A stretch of 64,000 bases of DNA from a virus, in the IMG/VR virus record IMGVR_UViG_3300035158_000222, positions 35,955-99,954 of that record, one strand, 5' to 3'. Below, one piece after another: positions 1 through 9,659 of the stretch. Position numbers and translations under genes: made by a program. Within the stretch, counting starts at the first letter, position 1, and the number at the start of each line of letters is the position of its first letter. The notes below the pieces were generated by a model. It was not told the DNA's origin, searched no databases, and worked only from the letters and a program-made list of their open reading frames with translations.

Positions 1-251
1 CCGGCTCCCCAGAATTTGAAGTTGGTAACCTGAGTGTCTGGCTCAGTAGTACCTAATTCAAAGTGTAACCACTTCTCGTAAGAGTAAGCGTAACCCGCAC
101 TTGGGATGGTGATCGGATTGGATGTTCTGTTTCCAGAACTGTTGGTGCAGTTATCGGCTGTGATAAAGTCGATACCTGTACCGGTAATATCCGTTTCCGT
201 AGGACCAGCGCCAAAGTTACAAGTTAAGTTTACATCAGCTGGACTTGCCAT
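1..251 (-). CDS. probable virion structural protein (runs off window edge)
   Basis: ATG at 251, open to the edge: MASPADVNLTCNFGAGPTETDITGTGIDF...YSYEKWLHLEL...VTNFKFW. T/G/N-rich, lies in the tail operon. Confidence 0.6.
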   Translation of the reverse strand, partial: MASPADVNLTCNFGAGPTETDITGTGIDFITADNCTNSSGNRTSNPITIPSAGYAYSYEKWLHFELGTTEPDTQVTNFKFWGA

Positions 252-294
252 AGTTTTGGTTCACTATGTTAATTAATAAATAAAACCGTACGGC

Positions 295-495
295 CTACTT
301 CGGCCCTACAGTCTTTTGAGCTGGAAATTCAGCAGCATCATTGCTGATGACCTCGAATAACCCGCCCTTGCCTTCAGCAACAATAGCGTCATACCGAGAA
401 TTCGGCATAGATACTATGTTACCCTTTGAGGCGTGAAACTCAGGACACATGAAACTCGCGTGCTGAGCGTCGCCTTTGAATCTTGCTTTTACCAT
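295..495 (-). CDS. hypothetical protein
   Basis: 66-aa ORF co-oriented with its neighbours, AT-rich start context. Confidence 0.55.
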   Translation of the reverse strand: MVKARFKGDAQHASFMCPEFHASKGNIVSMPNSRYDAIVAEGKGGLFEVISNDAAEFPAQKTVGPK

Positions 496-623
496 ATGTG
501 TTACAGATAAATTAAAAACTGCCTGTCGGCAGCTGATACGAGCAAGTAGAGCAACGTATCAGTTGCCTATAAACTTGCTCCGACGACTAATCGCAGGAGT
601 CCACACATTATACTTTAATTATA

Positions 624-992
624 TCACAGTTTTGCGTCAAACTCAATATGGCACTTCTTACATACGGGCTTATAATCATCTAGATTGCGCCTGTACTTGT
701 GATCTATATTGGACCACTGAGTTGCCATGTTGTCGCAGTATGTGCATTTGTGAGTTCTGGCAGCGCCCTTATGGCGGCCTACCCACATATGTATAGCTTT
801 ATATTTAGCATCACTTCCTTTCCATTTAGAGCTATTACTGCTCTGCATATGGGGCCGAGATATTCCTTTAGTAGGATTATTCTTCCCCTTCCAATAACTC
901 GTGCGTCCTTTGCACGAATTACTTATCTTTTCTTTGGTTTTGGCAGAATGCTTTCTGCCTAGATTTGTTTTGTGACCCTTTTGAAAAGCCAT
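624..992 (-). CDS. NUMOD3-HNH homing endonuclease
   Basis: NUMOD3-like GRKHSAKTKEKIS, WKG repeats, YKAIHMWV, CTYC...WSNIDH...CKKCH. Confidence 0.85.
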   Translation of the reverse strand: MAFQKGHKTNLGRKHSAKTKEKISNSCKGRTSYWKGKNNPTKGISRPHMQSSNSSKWKGSDAKYKAIHMWVGRHKGAARTHKCTYCDNMATQWSNIDHKYRRNLDDYKPVCKKCHIEFDAKL

Positions 993-1035
993 AAATATAA
1001 GTAGTTATAATATGTTCCACACATTGTTACTTATA

Positions 1036-1485
1036 TTATATCAAAGATTTGTCCTGTGGACAACTTATGCCCTTCCGCAATATCTCTTTATTGAACAGAC
1101 CTTTGTCAATTTTATTCACTAATGCATGTAAAGGAAAGTAATTTATTGACGTATTTCCTATCTTATCTACCCTAACTTCAAGGACAAACCGCCTATCTAC
1201 ATTGATTCCTGCAATGATTTTAGCCTGTAATTTCTGGTCACCGATCTCTAATTTGCCTCCGGATGATATAACGGAAGCTACTGCCTCGTTTAGAAAATAG
1301 TAATAGTGATACTTTCTTATGCTAATCTTAGGCGTTATCCGTGATTTATTAACGAATGTTGAGACCGGATGAGTCAATGCCAGTGCAGATATTGACACAT
1401 CGGCAGGAATGTCTTCCCATGTAAAAGGCTTGTCCCCCGTGTTTTCCACAAACCTTCGGTTATCATTAGTGTAAGCAATAAACAT
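1036..1485 (-). CDS. hypothetical protein
   Basis: 149-aa ORF in operon orientation. Confidence 0.6.
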   Translation of the reverse strand: MFIAYTNDNRRFVENTGDKPFTWEDIPADVSISALALTHPVSTFVNKSRITPKISIRKYHYYYFLNEAVASVISSGGKLEIGDQKLQAKIIAGINVDRRFVLEVRVDKIGNTSINYFPLHALVNKIDKGLFNKEILRKGISCPQDKSLI

Positions 1486-1543
1486 ATTTTAGCTAGGATT
1501 AGTGTAATTCACCTTAGTGAATGAAATTGTCCTATGGAAGTTA

Positions 1544-1557
1544 CGAACTTAAGTTCG
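1544..1557. promoter_or_regulatory. palindromic site CGAACTTAAGTTCG, copy 1 of 7 perfect copies
   Basis: Perfect 14-bp palindrome. Other copies at 21997, 29188, 30226, 31506, 53113 and 59389, with a variant at 29461. Confidence 0.75.
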
Positions 1558-1564
1558 CACTTTA

Positions 1565-2200
1565 TTAAGTGGTTATCCCCATCTCTGGGGCGTCTACTGT
1601 ACCGGATTCCGGTAGGGTTAACTTATATGGCCCGGCACTCCAGTCCGTCCCGGCATTGCAGTATCGCACGCCGTGTGTTCCTGGAGTAAACTCAGTCCAT
1701 GTAGGGCTGGCCTCTGTCCCTTCGTTTGCATAGAAGCTAATAGAAGGAGTTGACCCCGAATATCTGTATCGGATCTGTATTACGTGTGCCAGTGAACTTG
1801 TACTAGGAACGGCCGCATCATACGGTACTTCCGCGCCTAGGTTAAAATATATAGACTCACCAGCGCTAGGAGTAACACTAGCTTCAACATAATTTGTATC
1901 TCCCATAAGGCGGTTAGGACTAGCAGCACCGGCCGTGGCGGCAGCTGGCTTCCAGTCGTCACCAGGCGATGTAGATGTCGTGTCAACAGCATAGAGCATT
2001 GGTATGTTCCCATTACCGGTTGTTCCGATAAAAATCTCTTTGGCCACAGATGCGCCGGGTGTAGTCTGCGCAGGGAAGGTTAATGCATTGTCCCATGCCT
2101 CTACGTATGGAGCTACGGATAAGGATTGAGAGAATGTAACCTTGAATACGTATCGCGCGTTCTGGTTACCGGCTCCTGTGATTTGTAATGGAATAGCCAT
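1565..2200 (-). CDS. probable virion structural protein
   Basis: 211 aa, A/T/G/P-rich beta-type composition, tail operon. Confidence 0.6.
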   Translation of the reverse strand: MAIPLQITGAGNQNARYVFKVTFSQSLSVAPYVEAWDNALTFPAQTTPGASVAKEIFIGTTGNGNIPMLYAVDTTSTSPGDDWKPAAATAGAASPNRLMGDTNYVEASVTPSAGESIYFNLGAEVPYDAAVPSTSSLAHVIQIRYRYSGSTPSISFYANEGTEASPTWTEFTPGTHGVRYCNAGTDWSAGPYKLTLPESGTVDAPEMGITT

Positions 2201-2273
2201 AGGTTTAGGTCTTGTATGTTAGTAAAGTGCGGACCCCGCCCCGACCTTTAGACGCAGGGCCCGCGTAAGATGT

Positions 2274-2642
2274 TTAGCCATCTTGCCTTGGGACGTTGTC
2301 GAATCTCAAGGATTTCTTAGTCTTCTGTCTGTTTTTATCCCGTACGATCTTCTCAGCTTTTAGAAAGTGTTGAAGAGCTTCAGGATCGGAACAGTTAGGC
2401 ATAGCCAGGTCGTCCCTGGTAAGCTTAGCAACGCGTTCCCGCATCTCTTTGGGTACGTGCTCAAGCTTCTCTTTCATTCCTACTATATCGGATGAAAGAT
2501 CTACTTCCTTTACTGTGTCAGTCTCAGGCGCGGGTATAACCCTGTCCTGAGGATTGTTGTCAGGATTTTTAATCTCCCGACCGTCGACGTTTGGAGCGCC
2601 ACCTGCTTGGGCCTCCATGTCTAATGGTTGTCCTTTTGACAT
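2274..2642 (-). CDS. hypothetical protein
   Basis: 122-aa ORF with GACCACTTATG start context. Confidence 0.6.
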   Translation of the reverse strand: MSKGQPLDMEAQAGGAPNVDGREIKNPDNNPQDRVIPAPETDTVKEVDLSSDIVGMKEKLEHVPKEMRERVAKLTRDDLAMPNCSDPEALQHFLKAEKIVRDKNRQKTKKSLRFDNVPRQDG

Positions 2643-2650
2643 AAGTGGTC

Positions 2651-2953
2651 TTAGTTATTGTTTATAAAGTCTAGTAGTCGGCCGACTACTACAGCCATGA
2701 ATGAGGAGTTGCCATCAATGACCTTCTCAAGGAATTCGACATCTTCCTTGGTAAGCTCTAGCTCTTCCTTCGCATCCAGGATCTTACCGCCAAGACTATA
2801 AGCCCTAACGTTTTCTCCTGAACCAGGCTGGCCCTGATGCGTCTCACAAGCAGACACAAGGGCTGATCGATAAGTCATCGCCGCTGTCGGCGTTAACATT
2901 ATCTTGCCACCGTTTAGGGTGGTCATCTCTTGATCAAGATTTTTTAATTTCAT
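2651..2953 (-). CDS. hypothetical protein (tail-fibre associated, chaperone-like)
   Basis: 100-aa ORF downstream of the tail fibre, GACCACTATG start context. Confidence 0.55.
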   Translation of the reverse strand: MKLKNLDQEMTTLNGGKIMLTPTAAMTYRSALVSACETHQGQPGSGENVRAYSLGGKILDAKEELELTKEDVEFLEKVIDGNSSFMAVVVGRLLDFINNN

Positions 2954-2969
2954 AGTGGTCTATATTAAT

Positions 2970-3254
2970 CTAGACGTCGGTCGCTCCAGCGAAGTCGTCT
3001 AGTGTTTTAAGCCATGTATAAAGGTCTGCTCTACTCTCTTTCGATTCGTCCTCGCATATATATTTGCGTGTCTCTAAATAGTCACGCTCGTCTGCATTTC
3101 TGGCATCTTCGTTAAAGTAGAATGCGACCATCACTGAGTTGCCGACAGGATCATTGGGATTAGTAGAGCCTATATAAATTATCTCTACTATTCTGGCATA
3201 AGAAGAATTGGCCACGACTCCTTTGTCTAGTGTTGTGTCTAATTGTAGTGCCAT
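2970..3254 (-). CDS. tail-fibre associated protein
   Basis: Likely start MALQL. C-terminal LYTWLKTLDDFAGATDV resembles small proteins encoded after phage tail fibres. Confidence 0.6.
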   Translation of the reverse strand: MALQLDTTLDKGVVANSSYARIVEIIYIGSTNPNDPVGNSVMVAFYFNEDARNADERDYLETRKYICEDESKESRADLYTWLKTLDDFAGATDV

Positions 3255-3258
3255 ATGT

Positions 3259-5601
3259 TTATGAGGCGCCAAGTACCCATTTGCCAAGACCGAAGTCCCA
3301 TATAGGCGTATAGGTTTTGCCACCTACTTTAATAGCAGCAGTAGAACACTCCAGAAAACCGGAGCACCTTACGCTGCCTGTTACGTATAATTCTTTATTA
3401 AAATATATTGTGCCAAATGAATAGTGCATTCTTCCCTGTTGCGAGACCCCAAACTCTACAGCTCCCTCTGCCCTAAGATCTCCCTGCGTCCAGATATTAT
3501 CATCAACAACCGCAGCCCACTGTGCTCCGCGCCTGAACGCAAAGTCAATATTACTTGGTACATATAATATCATACTATTTGGATAAGATCCTTCACGATA
3601 GATTTTATAGTCTGGCCTTGAGCCTACATATACATCAGCAGTAGAAGACCAGTTTGTTCCTCCTGTACAGTACATCATATCATGCGCATTCCCGGCCGGG
3701 AGTGCGGCACCGCCTCCTATGTCTGCCCACCCGGTATCATATCTCACTCTTACCTGATTAGTAGAATCATTGTAATACATTGCACCTATAGTATTGCCCT
3801 GGTCGGACGAGTTTGTATATAGTGCCAGGTTACCGAATAGGTCAAGTGAATATTCCCCGTCAGGTGTTCCGTTGAATCTGGCAATCGCTCCACTACCACT
3901 ATTCTCGATCTTAAGAAAATTACTTGTCGATAAGCTAAGGACATTCTGGTACCCCCAGGAAGTATATGAAGTATCTACATACATTTGGAAGTATAAGCTT
4001 CCGGTATTGTCGGCAGCTGAGAATGCTTTACCCCAGGCTGTACGCACACCAGTATTCAGAATTCGCACAGTATTGTTTGCGATTGATATATCATCTATGT
4101 TAAATAGCGTTTGTGATCCACCTGTCTCACCTTGGATATGTCCTACTTCATTCTCATTCTCATCAAAGAAGTATAGTCCCTCAGAATTAAGCATGACTCT
4201 CTTCTTAGATACTGATCCCTCTGCCCGGTAGATATCGAGACGTGGTAGCGGTGTTCCGCCAGGATCGCTTGAGTCACCCTGCGTAATCTGGACAAGATCG
4301 ATTGGGTTTCCAGGATGCGTCCAACTTCCATTATGAGAATATGCTGCCTGAATATGTCCACGTGAAGAGCCCGGACCTATGCACATTTGAATTCTCGTTT
4401 CTCCAGAGCCTACAGTCTTGTCCTTTGTAAGACAGGCAGAGCTCATTACCCATCCTGCTATATCTCCGTAGTCAGCCTGAAGATATTTACCTGATATATA
4501 TAGGGAGTTGATCTCATCACCTGTTATGGTATTGGCCGCAATCTCATTGGCAGTAATCGTATTTGCAAAGATCTCATTAGCTGTAATTGTATTTGATGCT
4601 ATGTTATCTGCTGTTATGAATACATTTTGACCATCGCTTCCAAATACCTGGAACACGGCTTTCTTGCTTGCCTCTGCATTGGCCTTGGCTACACAGATCA
4701 ATATCTTCCCGCTTCCTACTGCTGTCTCAGGATCAGTAGTTACGCTGAGTGTGGATGATCCACTGTAGTAGATATAATATACAGTACCTCCGGTCATGTT
4801 GCCCGTATTGCCTGAGTTGATAGAATAATCCGTACCATCCATCAGATGTATCTCTCCACTTGTCCACTCTACAGTATCGTTATCGGTGGCTGAGAATACC
4901 ATGTCATGGCTCCAACCCTGGATAGATGGCTCAGATCCTGATAGTAGTCCTGTTAACTGTACGTTGTCTATATCTCCGCCTAGGATTCTTATATCGTTGA
5001 AGTATCCTATTCCGGTAAGGTATTCAAGTTTGTAGCCCGGCGGATAGCCGTCAGACTCTATATCACCCTGGACGATAATGTCACCCTTGATGTATAGCTT
5101 TCCTTCGCTGTCATTCCAGAGAATGAACTCGTCAGAATTTATATCACCGATTATAACATCGCCTTTGTCCAGATTCTCTGCCGGGGATGTTCTCCACTGA
5201 ACGTTTGTGTTCTTAATGTAGAATGCGAATATGTTATCCCTACCGGAAAAGCCCAACATACCTTCGTCACTCATTATAAGAGAAGGATTAGACTCCATTG
5301 GTTTCTCTCCGATAGAGATGAATCTGTTAACCCCGTCTAGCTTGATAGTATCGCCTATCGTGATAACCGTGTTCGCGTGCAAAGCTCCGGTCCGGATAGA
5401 TGCAGGATCGGTAGACGGCCCGCCCGTATAGTCCTCTGCGCCGCTTGCGATGATCTTACTTCCGGGAGTATTTGATATCATCCACCTTTCGAACCCAGGC
5501 ATCTGCATAATCAAACGCCCCCTCGTATCCCTTTTGAATTCGGGCTTGTAGGGATCAATCTCTACATCTTTGATTGCATGTACGTTTTTATGCTTCGCCA
5601 T
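3259..5601 (-). CDS. tail fibre / receptor-binding protein
   Basis: 780 aa, G/S/T-rich, tandem (A)NTITANEI repeats, GDIAGW motif. Confidence 0.75.
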   Translation of the reverse strand: MAKHKNVHAIKDVEIDPYKPEFKRDTRGRLIMQMPGFERWMISNTPGSKIIASGAEDYTGGPSTDPASIRTGALHANTVITIGDTIKLDGVNRFISIGEKPMESNPSLIMSDEGMLGFSGRDNIFAFYIKNTNVQWRTSPAENLDKGDVIIGDINSDEFILWNDSEGKLYIKGDIIVQGDIESDGYPPGYKLEYLTGIGYFNDIRILGGDIDNVQLTGLLSGSEPSIQGWSHDMVFSATDNDTVEWTSGEIHLMDGTDYSINSGNTGNMTGGTVYYIYYSGSSTLSVTTDPETAVGSGKILICVAKANAEASKKAVFQVFGSDGQNVFITADNIASNTITANEIFANTITANEIAANTITGDEINSLYISGKYLQADYGDIAGWVMSSACLTKDKTVGSGETRIQMCIGPGSSRGHIQAAYSHNGSWTHPGNPIDLVQITQGDSSDPGGTPLPRLDIYRAEGSVSKKRVMLNSEGLYFFDENENEVGHIQGETGGSQTLFNIDDISIANNTVRILNTGVRTAWGKAFSAADNTGSLYFQMYVDTSYTSWGYQNVLSLSTSNFLKIENSGSGAIARFNGTPDGEYSLDLFGNLALYTNSSDQGNTIGAMYYNDSTNQVRVRYDTGWADIGGGAALPAGNAHDMMYCTGGTNWSSTADVYVGSRPDYKIYREGSYPNSMILYVPSNIDFAFRRGAQWAAVVDDNIWTQGDLRAEGAVEFGVSQQGRMHYSFGTIYFNKELYVTGSVRCSGFLECSTAAIKVGGKTYTPIWDFGLGKWVLGAS

Positions 5602-6280
5602 ATATTTTCTTTTTACCGTATATAGAATTACGCAACTTCTTATGTCTAGTTAATGCCGGGTGTATCTTCGGCTCACGTTTTCTCGCAGCCAGTCTTGCTC
5701 GCATAGCCTCTATCTTTCTGAACTCAGCTTCGCTATCCCTGATCTCGGGGCCAACAGTACCAGGAATTCTTCTCTCGAATACCTCTGGTATATCTCTCGC
5801 GAATAGTCTTGCTACTCCACCGTAGATCTCTGTATCCCACCAGATAACAACTTTGCCTCCGTTAGGATTTCCATTTGGTATTGTCGGTACTCCGCCTTCG
5901 TATATCGTATAGCCAGCCATCAGCCAATATGCTTTCTTCAACTGATCGCTATCCCTATTCATCGTATGCCAGTATGTACCAAATACCTCTATGTATATAT
6001 TACAATCGGGTAGCTCGAAGTCTGGGATCCAGACGTCTTCCGGGTTGTATGTTCCCGGGTTATCCGGCATATGGTATTGGAAGTTGAAATTAACACGAAG
6101 TCTTACGAGATGATTATACACCATCTTCTCCGGGACGGTTCCTGGAACCTGCCCGGTAATGTCAAAGAATGACCAGCTGTCAACCTCAGCTATCACATCT
6201 CTTTGTTGTAGGCCTCTTTCATCGCTAAGGTTCTTCGGCCTTTTATATGTTCTGATGTATCTTCGTGATCGTATAGACAT
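5588..6280 (-). CDS. PD-(D/E)xK family (Vsr/DUF559-like) nuclease
   Basis: PEKMVY...WIPDFEL...IYIEVFGTYWH motif order. Start uncertain; the ORF extends to 6376. Confidence 0.65.
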   Translation of the reverse strand: MSIRSRRYIRTYKRPKNLSDERGLQQRDVIAEVDSWSFFDITGQVPGTVPEKMVYNHLVRLRVNFNFQYHMPDNPGTYNPEDVWIPDFELPDCNIYIEVFGTYWHTMNRDSDQLKKAYWLMAGYTIYEGGVPTIPNGNPNGGKVVIWWDTEIYGGVARLFARDIPEVFERRIPGTVGPEIRDSEAEFRKIEAMRARLAARKREPKIHPALTRHKKLRNSIYGKKKIYGEA

Positions 6281-6383
6281 ATAGTTGGTGGAGGACTCGA
6301 ACCTCTTCTTGCTTTGGGTAATGAATTTAGGTACATTACTTATTCGCAGAGTAGTACACCCCACTACCAGCACCAACGTATTA

Positions 6384-6662
6384 CTATAAGACAGCGTCTT
6401 TCAAAGCTTTTTGGATTCTGAATTTAACTACTGTTTTGGCAGGAATCTTGATAGATTCGCCGGTCGCTGGGTTTCTACCCATGCGTGCTTTGCGGAAAGC
6501 TTTCACTAACTTGCCGAAGCCAGGTAGTGTGAACTCGCCGTCTTCCTTGACGTACTCGTACGCCATGGCTGTCAGCCCGTCGAGGACTTTCTGAACGGTC
6601 TTCTTGTCCACCTCGGTTAAGGTTGACAAGTTGTCCGTCAGTTGCGACTTTGTCATTGACAT
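6384..6662 (-). CDS. hup: HU family DNA-binding protein
   Basis: MTKSQL...LPGFGKL...RKARMGRNPATGESIKIPAKTVVKFR signature. Confidence 0.95.
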   Translation of the reverse strand: MSMTKSQLTDNLSTLTEVDKKTVQKVLDGLTAMAYEYVKEDGEFTLPGFGKLVKAFRKARMGRNPATGESIKIPAKTVVKFRIQKALKDAVL

Positions 6663-6699
6663 GTTTTTGTGTCCTGCCTTCCCCAGCAGGAATCAATTT

Positions 6700-9297
6700 T
6701 TAAGCTTCTCGAAGCCTGACCTGTAATCGGTCAGAGCCTCTACCATCAAGTGACTGCTTGGTTTGACTAGGAGAGCCGGACTCCATAATCACGGTATGGA
6801 TATCTGATCCAACCATGACATAGCTTTCGGCACTCTTAATCTCAAGGTCATTGCGAGGCTCCATATCGTGCGCGCTGCGACTATCCTCCTGGTCCCTATG
6901 GACAGAGCACGAGTAATCGCCTAGGCCATCGAAATAGTCGGAGACCTCTTTGATAGTTTTATCTTTATAGACGTAGCTGGTATCAGGTGTACCATCTACG
7001 GCCGTAGATATCAGATAATTGGTTCTATCTATCGTACAGATGCATGATGTCCCTGCACCGTCATAGCTTAGTTTCAGCCCAACCTCACTATTATTATCAG
7101 GACCTATGAAGTTCAGGACCTGCTTGAGGCCCGCGCTTGCATTAAGATCGCTTATGATTTCCTCTCTTGTTCTCGGGAATTCCCTGTCCTTATATAGGAC
7201 CTGTTTGTCACCAAGATTATCTTCAAGCCAGTCTTCTGCCAGAATGGTAAAGTTGAATGATCTCTTAACTAGAACATCCTCTGACGGTTTCTCCAGAATG
7301 TATTTCCAGAGAAGATCAGTGACTACCGGAGTCTTGTCAGTATCTGTTGTCTCAAGAGTATTCTTGATTTGAATTCTGTTTCCTACGGTCGGATTAGGAA
7401 GTTCGTATACGCTCTCTGCGGTAGAGCCATCACCACTGTATACACTTGAGTCTGTCCAGCTGGAACCTATGGCAGCCGAACAGTCTGTGTCTTTTCTAAA
7501 TGATAGTTTCGAAGTTGTATCTGTCGGGAACGCATCGTATATCACAGATACATTCGAATAGAGCTTCATGATCTTCACGAGGTTCTCGTCGATTATAGAT
7601 GTGACATAGTATCCGCTCGACACATGGGGTCCGTCAACCTTATTGAATGTTTCCCATGTATTGTCTGAATAGAAGATAAATACTTTCTCCGGATCCCAGC
7701 CTGCCATATGTACAGGTTCCTTCGCCAGTTGCTTCACGATCCACCAGTATTTAGGCTGACCCTGGTAGTTCAGGTTCGCGCGCAATAAATACCAAGTGCT
7801 GCCATCATTAGATACACATGCGTATACATCGTTACCAGAGGTATGTATGTGCCGGCCAGACTTAAAGGTGAACCCTTCCTCTAGGTGTGTAAAAGCTGTG
7901 GGGAAAAGCTGTGAACCATCTGTGTAAAAGATACCCTGTTCTTCTACTGTAAATATTGCGAAAGCATTCCATCGCTCCATTCCTCTGAAGTTATTGGCGT
8001 TTATGTAGTCAGGAAAGTGCCAGATATTAAGTCCGGAGCTTCCACCTACGAATGCCCACAGTCCTCTATCGGTACCGGCTATAAAGCTCTTAGGAATAGC
8101 TGTTGCATTTAATACAGTACCTTCTCCGCTTGGCACTACCCACAGTGGATCAGGCGGCTCTGGAGTCCAGTTATATCCGTCAGTAGATTGTCTGATACCA
8201 TCATTGAACCAGCCGAATGCGTAGTCTGACTCAACCATTACGTAATAGAGCTTATCTATGGTATCTCTCTTAAGAACAAACTGGAAGTCACTATTGTCCC
8301 TGTCCTCCCATTCTGTGGTATAGGTTAATGCATTACCTTCTGCATAGGCAGCTTTAGATCCGTCAGTCCTGCCCCAATGGTAGCAGTTAGAGCTATCTCC
8401 TCCGGAGTATGTAGCATGGATAAAGTATTTTAGTCCGGCCCTCAGATCAAACTGTGTGGTATTATACGGAGCTTTTTCAACCCATGTATATGTCCCGCTG
8501 ACATCACCGGGTGCTATATTGAAGTGAGTTACTTCAGCTGAAGTATCGGGTAGGCCTCTGTTCTCCGTGTCTTCTTCGTAGATAGTCACCACTAGATTCC
8601 CTGGAGGAGAACCTGTTTTTCTTAATTTGAGTCCTAATGTATAGAAAGTATCCCCGCTCATGGGGACCCTGAATGACTGCGCGAATTGAGATCCGCTATG
8701 TATATGAGTATCTGTATCTGGTGTATGGTCAAAATCCGGTAGAGGGAACTGGGTCGATATTGCAATCTTCGTCCATGTATCACCCGAGTCTGGGGTTTCA
8801 TTTACGTACGTAAAGCCGTTCCCCAGTGCTGCAAATAGCCTTCCCCCTATCTCGTAGAATTCTGTAATAGTTTTATCCGTATCTGTAATTGTATGAACTA
8901 TACTAAAACTTGTACCGTTCGTGGATTTGATGATATGGCCCTGGTCGTCACCCAGATAGAGTTCGTTTCGTCTTCGGTGATGCGCGGTTATATTCCCGAT
9001 ACTGAGTCCGTGAGAGAATGATTCGGTATCGCGCTCTAGTTTATATTCACCGGGCTTGGATAGATCAAGGCCCTGGCAGTAGAATCCCATTGCTGGATCT
9101 ACTAGGAACTTCTGGTTCATCCCCTTAGAGAACTCTGTCATAGCGCCGACATTCCAGAAGTCCATACTGGAATACTCTCTCCTACCGGTATTCATCCTCG
9201 TACCCATAAGAGTAGACGGAGATGACCGGAAGGATCTATCTTCTATTTTATAACCCTTGTAGTCTAAATAGACATCAAAGCGGTTTTGTAATTCCAT
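6700..9297 (-). CDS. tail nozzle / stabilisation-like virion protein
   Basis: 865 aa with repeated S.DG..W (BNR-like) propeller motifs, located between the adaptor-like gene and the fibre. Confidence 0.55.
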   Translation of the reverse strand: MELQNRFDVYLDYKGYKIEDRSFRSSPSTLMGTRMNTGRREYSSMDFWNVGAMTEFSKGMNQKFLVDPAMGFYCQGLDLSKPGEYKLERDTESFSHGLSIGNITAHHRRRNELYLGDDQGHIIKSTNGTSFSIVHTITDTDKTITEFYEIGGRLFAALGNGFTYVNETPDSGDTWTKIAISTQFPLPDFDHTPDTDTHIHSGSQFAQSFRVPMSGDTFYTLGLKLRKTGSPPGNLVVTIYEEDTENRGLPDTSAEVTHFNIAPGDVSGTYTWVEKAPYNTTQFDLRAGLKYFIHATYSGGDSSNCYHWGRTDGSKAAYAEGNALTYTTEWEDRDNSDFQFVLKRDTIDKLYYVMVESDYAFGWFNDGIRQSTDGYNWTPEPPDPLWVVPSGEGTVLNATAIPKSFIAGTDRGLWAFVGGSSGLNIWHFPDYINANNFRGMERWNAFAIFTVEEQGIFYTDGSQLFPTAFTHLEEGFTFKSGRHIHTSGNDVYACVSNDGSTWYLLRANLNYQGQPKYWWIVKQLAKEPVHMAGWDPEKVFIFYSDNTWETFNKVDGPHVSSGYYVTSIIDENLVKIMKLYSNVSVIYDAFPTDTTSKLSFRKDTDCSAAIGSSWTDSSVYSGDGSTAESVYELPNPTVGNRIQIKNTLETTDTDKTPVVTDLLWKYILEKPSEDVLVKRSFNFTILAEDWLEDNLGDKQVLYKDREFPRTREEIISDLNASAGLKQVLNFIGPDNNSEVGLKLSYDGAGTSCICTIDRTNYLISTAVDGTPDTSYVYKDKTIKEVSDYFDGLGDYSCSVHRDQEDSRSAHDMEPRNDLEIKSAESYVMVGSDIHTVIMESGSPSQTKQSLDGRGSDRLQVRLREA

Positions 9298-9658
9298 ATT
9301 TTTTTCTTAGCTTCTTGATGCGCTGGCGCACTCTGTAGTTGTGCATCCATACGCGATTGTATTCCTTACGCGATGGGTTGGGAGGCATCTCCCATATCGT
9401 GAGGTCTAGCTTCCTTCCCCTTATTCTAATTTCAGTACCCGTGATCTCTATTACAGGTTTCTTTGGTTTAGGCTTCCAGCCGTTCTTTGGGAGCTTGCTA
9501 AGTTCGTCTCTCGGAATCTGTTTAAGATTCTTTTTTCTTCCGAAGCCAGTCATCTTTGGAGATGGCTTCAGCGAACCGTCTTCCTTGAATACCGGTCCGT
9601 ACGTTTTCGGATCACGCTTTCTTGCCTCCCTACAGTACTGTTTGTAAGTTTTTCCCAT
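9275..9658 (-). CDS. basic hypothetical protein
   Basis: ATG at 9658 abuts the upstream stop; K/R-rich. Confidence 0.5.
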   Translation of the reverse strand: MGKTYKQYCREARKRDPKTYGPVFKEDGSLKPSPKMTGFGRKKNLKQIPRDELSKLPKNGWKPKPKKPVIEITGTEIRIRGRKLDLTIWEMPPNPSRKEYNRVWMHNYRVRQRIKKLRKKYGITKPL

Positions 9659-9659
9659 G

